Assembly (NCBI GenBank): GCA_016787995.1
Contig: JAEUTB010000188.1
Span: 9,920-73,919, forward strand
Length of the DNA: 64,000 nucleotides
Source of the DNA: Flavobacteriales bacterium
GTDB lineage: Bacteria > Bacteroidota > Bacteroidia > Flavobacteriales_F > PHOS-HE28
Direction: 5' to 3'
The notes under the pieces are model-generated. The model ran no database searches and was not told the DNA's origin. It saw only the letters and a list, made by a program, of their open reading frames with translations. A program made the position numbers and the translations under genes. Shown piece by piece: positions 18,475 through 27,942 of the stretch (position 1 is the first letter of the stretch; each line of letters begins with the position of its first letter).

Positions 18475-18945
18475 TTAGTGGGTGATGGAGATCTTGAAGG
18501 ACTTCAGGGTGGTATCGTTGCCGAGCACGCGCAGGATGTAACCTCCGCTGGCGTAAGCTTCCATGTCGAGATCGGTGATCGAGGATGTGATGCGTCCTTC
18601 GTTCACCAAGCGTCCAGCAGCGTCGTGCAGGAAGTATTGCTGTGCGTTCGCGGCGTCTTCACACGCGATGTGCAGGGTGTGCGATACCGGGTTCGGGTAC
18701 ACGTTGATGACGATCGTGTTTGCCGGGGAGTCATCTACCAGGGTGGTGATGTCCGCCCAGGGTTGCTGAAAGCCTTGGGTGAGAACCACGTTGTTGGCGC
18801 CCGCCGTGGCGATCACCGGTTCACCGATGGTGTAGGTGATACGGGTCGCGGCATCGGCATGATGCCCGCCACCTCCGGAGACTACGGTCTGCGCAGTCCC
18901 GGCGATCGGAGCTGCGAGCGGAAGGAGAACGAGTAGGGATCGCAT
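18475..18945 (-). CDS. small secreted protein with T9SS C-terminal sorting domain
   Basis: Signal peptide MRSLLVLLPLAAPIAGTAQ. C-terminus VYPNPVSHTLHIACE...GGYILRVLGNDTTLKSFKISITH. Its stop is 3 nt before the collagen-like gene ATG. Confidence 0.75.
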   Translation of the reverse strand: MRSLLVLLPLAAPIAGTAQTVVSGGGGHHADAATRITYTIGEPVIATAGANNVVLTQGFQQPWADITTLVDDSPANTIVINVYPNPVSHTLHIACEDAANAQQYFLHDAAGRLVNEGRITSSITDLDMEAYASGGYILRVLGNDTTLKSFKISITH

Positions 18946-19017
18946 GGTACTTCGCTTTGGATGATGCGAAGTACCCGGGTTGCCGAGCGCGCATCAATAC
19001 CCCATGCGTAGTACATC

Positions 19018-21054
19018 CTACCTCACTTCCACAAGGCCGGGCATTTCAACGATACGGGAAGAGCCGCCATCAGCATACACGGCTTTCACGGCATAGCGGT
19101 AGCTACCGTTACCGGGCACGCGAACGTCGGCGAAGGTGGTCGCGTCCGATCCGGCCGAACCCACCGTGTTGGCCATCGCGCCGTTCTTGGAGCGGTAGAT
19201 CACATAGTGCTTCACCGGTCTGGTCGGTGGCACCCAGCTCACTTGTATGACATCATCGACCACCACTGCTTTTACCGCTTCGGCCGAAGGATGCTCCGGG
19301 CGCTGCGGAATGCGCACTTCCAAGGGCACCGAACGTGGCGATCGGTTGCCGGCGCTATCCACGGCCTGCATCAGGTAGGTGTATGCTGCGGCAGCCGTCA
19401 CCGTTCGATCGGTCCAGGTGCGCGGCTGTTCACTGGCATTCCAAGCGACCACCTCGCGCCATGTGGTGTCCACAGGGGATCGACGCAGCAGAACGTGCCT
19501 TGCAACGTCATCGTTGCTACTGGGGATGAAATGGATCACCACTGCACTGTCGTTCACCGCATAGCGCTCGATAACTGGGGCGACCGGTGCCACCTGGTCC
19601 GGCTTCACCAGATGGAGAACCGCGCTGAGTGGGCTATGGTTGAAGTTCCTGTCCACTGCCACCACCTTGTAATAGATGTGCTTGGTGAGCGTGCGCAGTG
19701 GAATGGTATCGTGGAACACGGTGTCCTGCTGAGGTTCGGGAGAAAGGTTGTTGAAGTTGTGATCGGCGGCGTTGGCGAAGAAGACACGGTAGCCCAACAG
19801 GTCCTGCTCTTTCCCCCATGGCCAATGGACCGTCACCACGCCAGCGGTGTCTATGCTTCCCTTCAGGCCGATGGGTGGTGCGGGCGCGACGGAATCCGCA
19901 AGCACACCATATCCGCTCAAGGAAACGGAGGCGTTGCCTGCGGTATCCACGGCCCACACCCTAAAATGGTTCTCGCCGATCAGGAACGAGGAGGTGTCCG
20001 TGAATTGCCGGGTGGAAGGTGGTAGCAGGTCCCGGTGCAAGGGCTGGTAGGCAGCATTGGTATGGTAGGTCTTCTCCACGCGGAATCCTTTCAGATCCGC
20101 AGTAGTTCCGGGCTGATCCCAATACACCACCAGCTTGCCCTGCTCATCGTTCACGCGCCGCATCACTGGGTTCGGTGGCGCGGTGCGATCACGGCCCATC
20201 GCGGTCACCACTGGAGCCTCACTGCTGATCATCCCGAAAGGCGTGATGCCCAGCACCCTGTACTGGTAGGGAACATAGTCGCGAGTGATGGTGGTGTCCG
20301 TATACGCATGATGCGTGGCCGCACCGCGTTCATTGTCCATGGGTACGAAGGGCACATCGTTCAAGCGCTGCCAGGCACCGGTGCCTTGTCGGCGTTCGAT
20401 CCAAAAGGCGCTGAATGAACTCTTCACCTGCTCGCGCTCCCAGCGCAGGGTGATGGTGTGTTCCTTCTCCTGCACGCTGAGCGCGGGCCCATGCGGTATG
20501 GTATGCGCACCGTCTTTCCGGTCGATGGCGATCATGGCCGTGTCCGCTTGTTGGGGGTCCAGTGTGATCAGCCGGTACAGGTAGTAGCCGGTCGCGCTCA
20601 CGTTCTTGTCCACCCAACGATAGCCAAGTGCATCGGCGATCTCGGGATCGATATCGGCATACAACGCACACAGCGACCAGCGCATGGTGGCCTGGTCGGC
20701 GGCGTCCATCTGCGCGCGCACATCACCGGTGTTGGGTCGCATATCATCACCATGGAGGGCTTGTGCGATGATAGGTGCATGGCTATTGGCGGCGAGGTGT
20801 TGTTTCAATGCCTCCAAGGACATTGGTTTGAGCGTGTCGGCATTCAGTCGTTGGACCTTCCGCTCTGGAGTGGACACGTCCACACGTTCGATACGGCAGC
20901 CGTAGCGGTTGAAGCGCTCCCAAGCCTGTACGCTGCTCGGTGCCCAGCGTACGATGACGGAATCAGCGGTATTGAAGGCCGTGGTCTGTAAGCTTTGACC
21001 GGCGACCGTTCGGCAAAGTGCGAAGCAGAGGAAGGCAAGGATGGAAGGGCGCAT
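19018..21054 (-). CDS. secreted multi-FN3-like domain protein
   Basis: Signal peptide (MRPSILAFLCFALCRTVAGQ). Five or six modules with FN3-type tyrosine-corner patterns (YYLYRLITLD, YQYRVLGITPFG, HFRVWAVDTAGN, YYKVVAVDRNFN, YTYLMQAVDSAGN, YRYAVKAVYADG). The ATG at 21054 is preferred over the track's TTG at 21060. Confidence 0.75.
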   Translation of the reverse strand: MRPSILAFLCFALCRTVAGQSLQTTAFNTADSVIVRWAPSSVQAWERFNRYGCRIERVDVSTPERKVQRLNADTLKPMSLEALKQHLAANSHAPIIAQALHGDDMRPNTGDVRAQMDAADQATMRWSLCALYADIDPEIADALGYRWVDKNVSATGYYLYRLITLDPQQADTAMIAIDRKDGAHTIPHGPALSVQEKEHTITLRWEREQVKSSFSAFWIERRQGTGAWQRLNDVPFVPMDNERGAATHHAYTDTTITRDYVPYQYRVLGITPFGMISSEAPVVTAMGRDRTAPPNPVMRRVNDEQGKLVVYWDQPGTTADLKGFRVEKTYHTNAAYQPLHRDLLPPSTRQFTDTSSFLIGENHFRVWAVDTAGNASVSLSGYGVLADSVAPAPPIGLKGSIDTAGVVTVHWPWGKEQDLLGYRVFFANAADHNFNNLSPEPQQDTVFHDTIPLRTLTKHIYYKVVAVDRNFNHSPLSAVLHLVKPDQVAPVAPVIERYAVNDSAVVIHFIPSSNDDVARHVLLRRSPVDTTWREVVAWNASEQPRTWTDRTVTAAAAYTYLMQAVDSAGNRSPRSVPLEVRIPQRPEHPSAEAVKAVVVDDVIQVSWVPPTRPVKHYVIYRSKNGAMANTVGSAGSDATTFADVRVPGNGSYRYAVKAVYADGGSSRIVEMPGLVEVR

Positions 21055-21056
21055 GA

Positions 21057-24000
21057 TCAAGGTGCTGTTTGCATGACGCCGCTGCCCGGCGGTGAGAGCG
21101 GTGAGTGGCTCACGGGTGCCACTGGACCCAGCGTGTGGTTGAACACCGCTTCGCCGTAGCTAACCGCCGCCTGCTGGTTCCAGTCGGTGAAGGGCATGCA
21201 TGTGGGTGGAGGGTGGAAGCTGAAGCGCACGCGGTAGTTGCCACGATAGGCGCGCTTGAACCCGGAGTTCTGGAAGCGGATGACCATGCTGCGGAGGGGC
21301 TCGGGCATCAGGCCGAAATACTCGGCTGGCGGTGGTGGCGCCTGCAGGGGGCCACAGTTCGCGATGACGTCGGCCGTGATGGTGAGCAACCGTTGATGGT
21401 CGTTGCGCACCACGATGGCCGTGGTGTGGTCCAGCCGCACGGATGCTGTAGAGGCCCCGGCGCTTACTGCGAGGTTGTTCGTGTTCTGGGCCACAAGGCC
21501 ATTGGCGGGTAACGGCACGGTCTCGTCTGGTGTGAGCGGCTGTCGGGTCGGGTTTCCAACGCGCCATTTCACTGTCTGGAACGGTGGGATCCCCGGAGCG
21601 GAAGGTGTATCGCTGTAGCGTGGTACACCGAATGCGTTATAGGTGACACTGCGCATCAGATCGATGGAGCTGCAATTGCGTGCTTCGATCTCCGCGTAAT
21701 AGTCATACAACACGGGGTCGCTCCACTGCACGGACCATGCATCGGTCAACGCATCGCTGAGAGAGATCAGCGGGGGTAGAACGAAGCTGGTGTTCTGGGG
21801 TGAGGTATAGCCGTTGACATCGAACACATCGAAGGACTCACCTTGGAGATCCGGGCGCAGCGTTTCCCTGGGTGGTGTTGCGCCATCGCTTTCGAGGAAG
21901 GTGGTGTTGTTGGTGAGCGCGGCCGCCTTGGCAGCGATAGTGTTGTGCGCCGATGTGCGGAAGTAATAGGTGAAGAGCAGCTTCTCGTTCGGCCTCACGG
22001 AGTACCCGGTCAACCTTCGCTGCCGAAGGTGGAAGGTGTGGCCTTGTTGACTGGTGGTGCTCGTACTGCTGGATGCGGTGGACATCATGCCCAGGTCGGC
22101 CAACGGGATGTACGCTTGTGGCCCGGTGCCGGACTGCACCAGACTATCCCGGTATATCACCTGCGCCACATAGGTCTTGCTGTTCAGCAATTGCGGCAAT
22201 GCGAAGGAGAGCGTGGTCGGTGTGTTCTCGTCCAGGTAAGGCGCAATGGGGCAGGTGATCGTTGGCCCGCCGGCGAGCGGTGTCAACATCATCTTGTAGA
22301 TCCGGACCCGGCCCGCTACCGCCTGTCCGAAGATCGCATCCTGCCCGGACAGATCGGCCTTGCAATGGATGATCGCGGAGCGGCATTCGTCCTGAAGCAC
22401 ATAGCGTTGGCCGATGAAGGGATACGTGTACAGCAGGTCCTGTTCGCGGATCTCTTTCAAACCTTCGCCGGTCTTGAACGTGACGGTGGTGTCCCAAATG
22501 GCCTGCTCACCTTGGGTGATCGCCGTTGCCCAAACACCTTCACTGTTGCGCTCTTCTGCACGCAGCCGCACGTTGAACGTGTATCTGGTCAGTGGGTCGA
22601 GGTAACGAGAGGGGATGACCAGGACTTGATCCTTCGAAGGAGCTATCGACTGGGTGGTCTGCTGTTCGGTACCCGACTTCTTCAAACTGACACCATCGAG
22701 CACCAATCGGAACGTACGCCAGTATGAGCTTCCATTGGAGCGATATTCCTTCATGTTGAACGGTGTGTCGAGCTTCATGTTCAACGCTACTTCACAATTC
22801 GCGCCCACATCCACGGGAGTGCTGCCAGGTGTGATGCCGTCGTTGTGTCGTGGAGTGATGTCGCCGATGGGATCAAGACCTGCTAAAGCGCCCGCACCGA
22901 AATCGTCACATGGGTGGCCCGCGGAGAACGGGAAGTTGAACGATCCGTCGATCATTCCGCCCAGGATGCTGTAGCGTCCGCCCACTTCGCCCCGCACCCA
23001 GTTGGGGTCGGCGAAGCCTCCTTGCAGTAGGGCTGCGGCGGCGATATTCATGATCTCGAAATCGCCCTCGGCGAACCACACGTCCACATGCAGGCTCACA
23101 CTTCCGCCCAGGTAGGCGAACACCTGACCGGTGGCGTAGAATCCCGCAATGCCTGGATCGGCGATGCCCTCACAGGTCATGTTGGCGGCTGAAACGAAGG
23201 CCATGTCGAAGCCCAAGCCCGCTTGCAATTGCATCCGCAAGAGGTAGAAGTCGAACTTCTGATCCAACGCGCCACGTGCCCCGAAGGCGATGCCATTGGC
23301 TTCATCCACGCCCGCAGGCCAGTTGAAGTCGGTGTTGCCGAGCAACGCGAGCACGGCGGCTGAGTCCGGTGGCAGCGGGTCGGGGAGTCCTTTGCCTACC
23401 ATGAAATAGCTGGTGGTGGAGAACAGACCGAGGAAGTCCAGCCCCACCGGCGTTTGCGGTGTGCCCACGAAGAGGTGCCAGGTATCGGGCGTGATCAACA
23501 ATTCGGCCGCGCCTGCCAGGTCATCCGGTCCGGTCCCCGCGACAAGGCCGCTGCCAATGGTTACCTTCATGGCGAAGTTGGCCTGGAAGACGTCATTGGG
23601 GAAGTCGAAGGTGATCTCCGCGCTGCCACGAATGGGCACGTAGGTGCGATCGTTCCGTTCGCTCATCATGTACACGTTGCCGTTGAGGAAGGCAGTGTTC
23701 ACGCCACCGCTTTCGCTGAAGGACATGCCAGCTGTGAGATCGCCATTGTACGCGCGACCACTGGCGCCATCGCCGAAGATGACGGTGGCCTGGAATCCGA
23801 AGCTGATGGCGGCGTCGGGTACGAACCGGATGCTGGTGAGCGTGAGGCCCGGCGTGTATTCGTCATCATCCTGAGCGGCGACCGTCGCTTGTGTCACCTG
23901 TTGTGCGCTCGGCAGGTCAGTGGTCCGGCGCATATGGTACCATGCACCACCACCGAAGCCGTACACGTTGAACGGTTGCCCGGGTGAGAAGCCACCCTCC

Positions 24001-27000
24001 TTCGCGAACATGGCATCGGCGTACCAGTAACGCATGCTGTTCACCGTTCCGAATTGCGCAGCGGCACGCACTTGCAAAGCCCCTTTCATGAACCAGGCGT
24101 TCACCAGCCCGTTGATGCCGTTGCCATAGACGGGATCATCGTGGTACCAGCGTAGGCCACCGATGATCTTCACCGCACCGGTCTCGCCGGTCACACCGAT
24201 CGAATCCAACTCGATGCTGTGATGGCCCCATTGGTGGATGGCCGTGGTGTTGAGCTGCCCGAGCACCACGATGCGCGTGGTGGCCACGAAGATGTTGGTC
24301 TGCCCGCTCAGGTCCAGGTTGATATCGAACCCGATCCCGGCCATCACGCCCCCTTCGGAATTGCGCCGTTCGGTGGTCACCCGGGTGATGCTCACCGGGA
24401 ACCCGCCGGAACTTCCGCCGGAGCTGTCTTCCTCGTCATCCAATTCCGGACTGTCATCCGCCAGGAATTTCTGCGGGCTCACGAGCGAGAATACACCGCT
24501 CTGGTCCACGTTCGTGTACGGGTCGTTGGTCTGGAAGTAGAGTTGTTGGAAACCGATGTCGCGGAAATTGATCTTCAGTTGAGCGGGTGCGTTCACATCG
24601 ATGCTCAACTTCCCGTTCAGTTCGGCCCGCGCGCTGTTGCCGGTGCTGGCATCGCCGAAGATGGCGCGCACGGTGCTGGTTTCGTAAAGCTCGGCGTGCG
24701 CCACGTACATCGGCACGTTCAGCGTACCATCCGGGTGCAGCAGGAATTCCATGCGCACATCCTCCGTCTGCGGATCGTGCTGGATCATACCGGTGTACAC
24801 GAGCAACGTATCGGTGAAGGGCATCTTGATGCGTCCTTTGAATCCGCCCTGGCTGAAGGTGTTCACCACGATGTCCATCTGCAACGTGTCGAGCGAGAAG
24901 CCCCAACCATCGAGGTTGCCTTCGTTGGCGTCGAGGATATTGGCCACTTTGAACTGCGCCGAAACACCTGTTCCGAACTCGTAGATGAAGTCGTCCACCT
25001 GCGCGGTGACGCGACCGGTGCCTTGGAAACGTTCGATGGTCGGTGGCAGGCGCAGCATGGTGCGTTCCACGTACACGCCGGTCCACGCGGGATCCACGGT
25101 GCCATCCTCCTGCATGTGCGCGCTGGCCAGGAAGTGTGCAGGTGGCAACTGCATATCCGGTGGGTTGGTGTAGCTCGCCAGATCGAGCCACGCTTCCTGG
25201 ACATCGAATCCCCAACTCTTCGCCTCGTTCAGATGGAAGGCCGTGTTCATGTCCATGCGACCCATGAGACCACCACGTCCGGTGCGCACACGTAGCGCAC
25301 CGATCACTTTACGCGGTCCATCTTCGCCGTTCGCGAGGTCTTCGCGTAGCTTCTCACGGCTGAAGCGGTATTCCGCATCGAACGTCACTGCACGGAAGCC
25401 GTTGCAGTCCCACGCCACGAAGGTGCCGCTGTCCTGTACGGTGGTGAAGCCGTCGGAGAAGCGGGCGCCTTTGAACTTCAAGGTGTCGTCGCCGAGGTCG
25501 ATGTTAAGGTCGCTCAGTAGGTAGAGCGTGGCCTCTTCGGTGAGGTCGCCGAAGCCGCCTGGGTGGAAGGGCATCGCCATGTTGCCCAAGCTGAGCGAGG
25601 TGCCCAGTTCATGCACGGGTAAGGACATGCCTGCGTTCATCCGCGCGATGGTGTCCGTGAACTGCATGCCAAGGATGCCGATGACCACGCGACCGATGCC
25701 CGGTACTTCCTTGTCCACGCCGAGCGGCAACCCCATGGGTGCGGCACCGCTGAATTGGCTGATCAAACGGCCGGCGGTATTCAGGTAGTCGTCCAACGCC
25801 TGCGCAGCTTGCGGACTGAAGCCCGCTGCCAACGAGCCACCTTGGATGAAGGCCGGCGGGATCACGCCTTCGTTGTCGTACAATGCGTTCACTTCGCCTT
25901 GGTACAGCCGTTTGTTCGCGTTGATGAGCGCCTGACTGAATCGGACACGGAGCAGCGCGTCCATCACTGGCACGGAGATCAAACCTTCGCCTGAAGCCAT
26001 GTTGCCAGCCCCGTGCAGGATGCTGGTGATGCGCATGTGGAACTTGCCCACCTGCACCGTGTCGCCCACTTGGGTGGTGTTCACGGCGTTTCGCTCAAGG
26101 ATGGGTGTGGGTGCGCGTCGGCTTTCGGCCAGGCATTCAGCCGCCGGTATCTCCTCTTCCTCAGCCGTTCCGCCGCCACCACCTTCACCGTCCTCAGGCT
26201 CTCCGATGCTGAAGCTGTAGGTGGGGCCGGCGCGATAATGGGCGCTGAACTCGTTGTTGTGGTCGATCACCCACACGATGCGCCAGTAGTAGGTGCCTTC
26301 CGCGTTCGGTGTGAAATCGAAGGTGATCTCCTTGTAGAATTCGGCGAGCATGCAGGGGAGGTCGCAACTGCCGTTGAGCAGGCTCAAAGTACTCCCGACC
26401 CGTTCGCTATGGGTGGCTTCGGTCTGGTTGAAATCAGCGGTCCTCGAGACGTCGATGCGCCAGCGTTGGTAGATGCGTCCGTCGGTCTGTGTGCTCAGGC
26501 CATCCACGTTCTGAATGATCGCGAAGGGAGGAAGCAAGCTCACCGGTGGTTCGGCGGTCTTGAAGCGCAAGGGCACAGCGGCGAAGCCGGTCTCTTCAGG
26601 GTTACCGCCGTTGCGCGGCAGCACGGCTTGGTGAGCAGGGCTGAGCATGCGTGGCGTTCCCATGCCGGTGGCGAACCCTCCATCGATGTATCCGCTGATG
26701 GGATCACCGTTGTCGGGGCTCAGCGTGATCTGTGCGTTCATCAAGTGTTCCTCGCCGCTCTCGAAGTACATCACGCCCTCTTCTCCAGGCCGTTTGTACA
26801 CGTTGATGTGGCGCGCTTGGTCCTCGGTCACAGGGGTGCCAAGCACATCCTCCTGCGACTCGCGCGGCCCATCGGCCCAGATCACCTCGCGTTGGTAAGT
26901 GGCTTGTTCACCGCCCACGTGGATCAACGTGAGCTCGCTATTGAACTGTGTGATGTCATCGCGGTAGGGATCGAAGCGGGCTACGATGGGCAGGAAGTCC

Positions 27001-27938
27001 CAGGGGAGTGTATCACCAACGACAGGAAAGGCGAAGGAGAAACCGGCATCACCGCTCCACGTGAAGGTGCAGGGCTCGGACCAGCCATCGTTCTGGAACA
27101 CATGCACTCCGCTCACGTCCACCGCGCGCACGTACCACGCGTACCGACGACCGGTCAACAACGCGGGCATGAGCTGTGTATACAGCACCTGCGCATTCAT
27201 CACATCATCCTCCCAGACCGGATCATTGGAGCTTTGCAAAGCCGACAGCGGATCGATGGCGTTCTCCTCTGACAGCAGTACGAGTTTGAAGTGGTACTGC
27301 ATGTTGGCCCCCATCGGCGGACCGGAGGGTAGGATCCAGTTGAAGAGCAGCGATTGGGGCTGGGCACCCTGCACCATTTGGTCGCATGCCGGAGCGAGCA
27401 ACTGTGGCGGTGGGGGATAGGCCACGGTGAATACATTGGAGCAGCCATCGCTGGGCGCACCTGCACTCAGTGGGGCGTTGGTGAAATAGTCGAACGCTTG
27501 GAGGCAGATCTGGTATTCACCTTCCGGGAGGAGCCCGAGCCGGATATCCTCTTCGGTGATGCCGGTGTACTGGAGTTGGCCGCCTGCATTGGAAACGAAG
27601 GGTTGTAGGTCGGTGCCCGAGATCGCGGTGAACCCGACCGGGACATTGAGCGGTGGAGCGTTCCACGGCTGGCCACCCTCGATGGTGACCGAGATGCTGC
27701 CATCCATGGTGCTGATGGAACCAGCGAGGTAGATATCGTGCGCAACGGCTCCTGGCAGATCGTTGTGGATCAAGACCGAGATCTGCTGCGGGTTCTGGAA
27801 GTATTGTACGTAGCTCGCGGTGTACGGCGGGTTCACCGTGGTGCTCAACGTCAGCGGGTTCAGCTGAGCGCGCACGCCGATGATGGTGAGGAGCGTGAGA
27901 GCGGTCAGCGAAGAGCGCAAGGCGGATCGGTGGGCCAT
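21057..27938 (-). CDS. giant (2293 aa) secreted protein of unknown function
   Basis: Uninterrupted ORF. Signal peptide (LTALTLLTIIGVRAQ). N-terminal Ig/FN3-like modules (YAWYVRAVDVSG, YYWRIVWVID). Acidic Gly/Glu linker GEPEDGEGGGGGTAEEEE. A long beta-rich remainder. No T9SS CTD and no catalytic motif recognised. Confidence 0.85.
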   Translation of the reverse strand: MAHRSALRSSLTALTLLTIIGVRAQLNPLTLSTTVNPPYTASYVQYFQNPQQISVLIHNDLPGAVAHDIYLAGSISTMDGSISVTIEGGQPWNAPPLNVPVGFTAISGTDLQPFVSNAGGQLQYTGITEEDIRLGLLPEGEYQICLQAFDYFTNAPLSAGAPSDGCSNVFTVAYPPPPQLLAPACDQMVQGAQPQSLLFNWILPSGPPMGANMQYHFKLVLLSEENAIDPLSALQSSNDPVWEDDVMNAQVLYTQLMPALLTGRRYAWYVRAVDVSGVHVFQNDGWSEPCTFTWSGDAGFSFAFPVVGDTLPWDFLPIVARFDPYRDDITQFNSELTLIHVGGEQATYQREVIWADGPRESQEDVLGTPVTEDQARHINVYKRPGEEGVMYFESGEEHLMNAQITLSPDNGDPISGYIDGGFATGMGTPRMLSPAHQAVLPRNGGNPEETGFAAVPLRFKTAEPPVSLLPPFAIIQNVDGLSTQTDGRIYQRWRIDVSRTADFNQTEATHSERVGSTLSLLNGSCDLPCMLAEFYKEITFDFTPNAEGTYYWRIVWVIDHNNEFSAHYRAGPTYSFSIGEPEDGEGGGGGTAEEEEIPAAECLAESRRAPTPILERNAVNTTQVGDTVQVGKFHMRITSILHGAGNMASGEGLISVPVMDALLRVRFSQALINANKRLYQGEVNALYDNEGVIPPAFIQGGSLAAGFSPQAAQALDDYLNTAGRLISQFSGAAPMGLPLGVDKEVPGIGRVVIGILGMQFTDTIARMNAGMSLPVHELGTSLSLGNMAMPFHPGGFGDLTEEATLYLLSDLNIDLGDDTLKFKGARFSDGFTTVQDSGTFVAWDCNGFRAVTFDAEYRFSREKLREDLANGEDGPRKVIGALRVRTGRGGLMGRMDMNTAFHLNEAKSWGFDVQEAWLDLASYTNPPDMQLPPAHFLASAHMQEDGTVDPAWTGVYVERTMLRLPPTIERFQGTGRVTAQVDDFIYEFGTGVSAQFKVANILDANEGNLDGWGFSLDTLQMDIVVNTFSQGGFKGRIKMPFTDTLLVYTGMIQHDPQTEDVRMEFLLHPDGTLNVPMYVAHAELYETSTVRAIFGDASTGNSARAELNGKLSIDVNAPAQLKINFRDIGFQQLYFQTNDPYTNVDQSGVFSLVSPQKFLADDSPELDDEEDSSGGSSGGFPVSITRVTTERRNSEGGVMAGIGFDINLDLSGQTNIFVATTRIVVLGQLNTTAIHQWGHHSIELDSIGVTGETGAVKIIGGLRWYHDDPVYGNGINGLVNAWFMKGALQVRAAAQFGTVNSMRYWYADAMFAKEGGFSPGQPFNVYGFGGGAWYHMRRTTDLPSAQQVTQATVAAQDDDEYTPGLTLTSIRFVPDAAISFGFQATVIFGDGASGRAYNGDLTAGMSFSESGGVNTAFLNGNVYMMSERNDRTYVPIRGSAEITFDFPNDVFQANFAMKVTIGSGLVAGTGPDDLAGAAELLITPDTWHLFVGTPQTPVGLDFLGLFSTTSYFMVGKGLPDPLPPDSAAVLALLGNTDFNWPAGVDEANGIAFGARGALDQKFDFYLLRMQLQAGLGFDMAFVSAANMTCEGIADPGIAGFYATGQVFAYLGGSVSLHVDVWFAEGDFEIMNIAAAALLQGGFADPNWVRGEVGGRYSILGGMIDGSFNFPFSAGHPCDDFGAGALAGLDPIGDITPRHNDGITPGSTPVDVGANCEVALNMKLDTPFNMKEYRSNGSSYWRTFRLVLDGVSLKKSGTEQQTTQSIAPSKDQVLVIPSRYLDPLTRYTFNVRLRAEERNSEGVWATAITQGEQAIWDTTVTFKTGEGLKEIREQDLLYTYPFIGQRYVLQDECRSAIIHCKADLSGQDAIFGQAVAGRVRIYKMMLTPLAGGPTITCPIAPYLDENTPTTLSFALPQLLNSKTYVAQVIYRDSLVQSGTGPQAYIPLADLGMMSTASSSTSTTSQQGHTFHLRQRRLTGYSVRPNEKLLFTYYFRTSAHNTIAAKAAALTNNTTFLESDGATPPRETLRPDLQGESFDVFDVNGYTSPQNTSFVLPPLISLSDALTDAWSVQWSDPVLYDYYAEIEARNCSSIDLMRSVTYNAFGVPRYSDTPSAPGIPPFQTVKWRVGNPTRQPLTPDETVPLPANGLVAQNTNNLAVSAGASTASVRLDHTTAIVVRNDHQRLLTITADVIANCGPLQAPPPPAEYFGLMPEPLRSMVIRFQNSGFKRAYRGNYRVRFSFHPPPTCMPFTDWNQQAAVSYGEAVFNHTLGPVAPVSHSPLSPPGSGVMQTAP

Positions 27939-27942
27939 GGCA

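Noticed and set aside
21057-27938. Naming the giant protein as SprA (the T9SS translocon), TamB/AsmA-like, or a Tc-toxin-like protein.
   Set aside because: Its size is compatible with SprA, but I cannot point to any diagnostic motif. The C-terminus is not barrel-like (it ends ...GVMQTAP), and the neighbourhood is not that of known sprA or tamAB loci. It is left unassigned.
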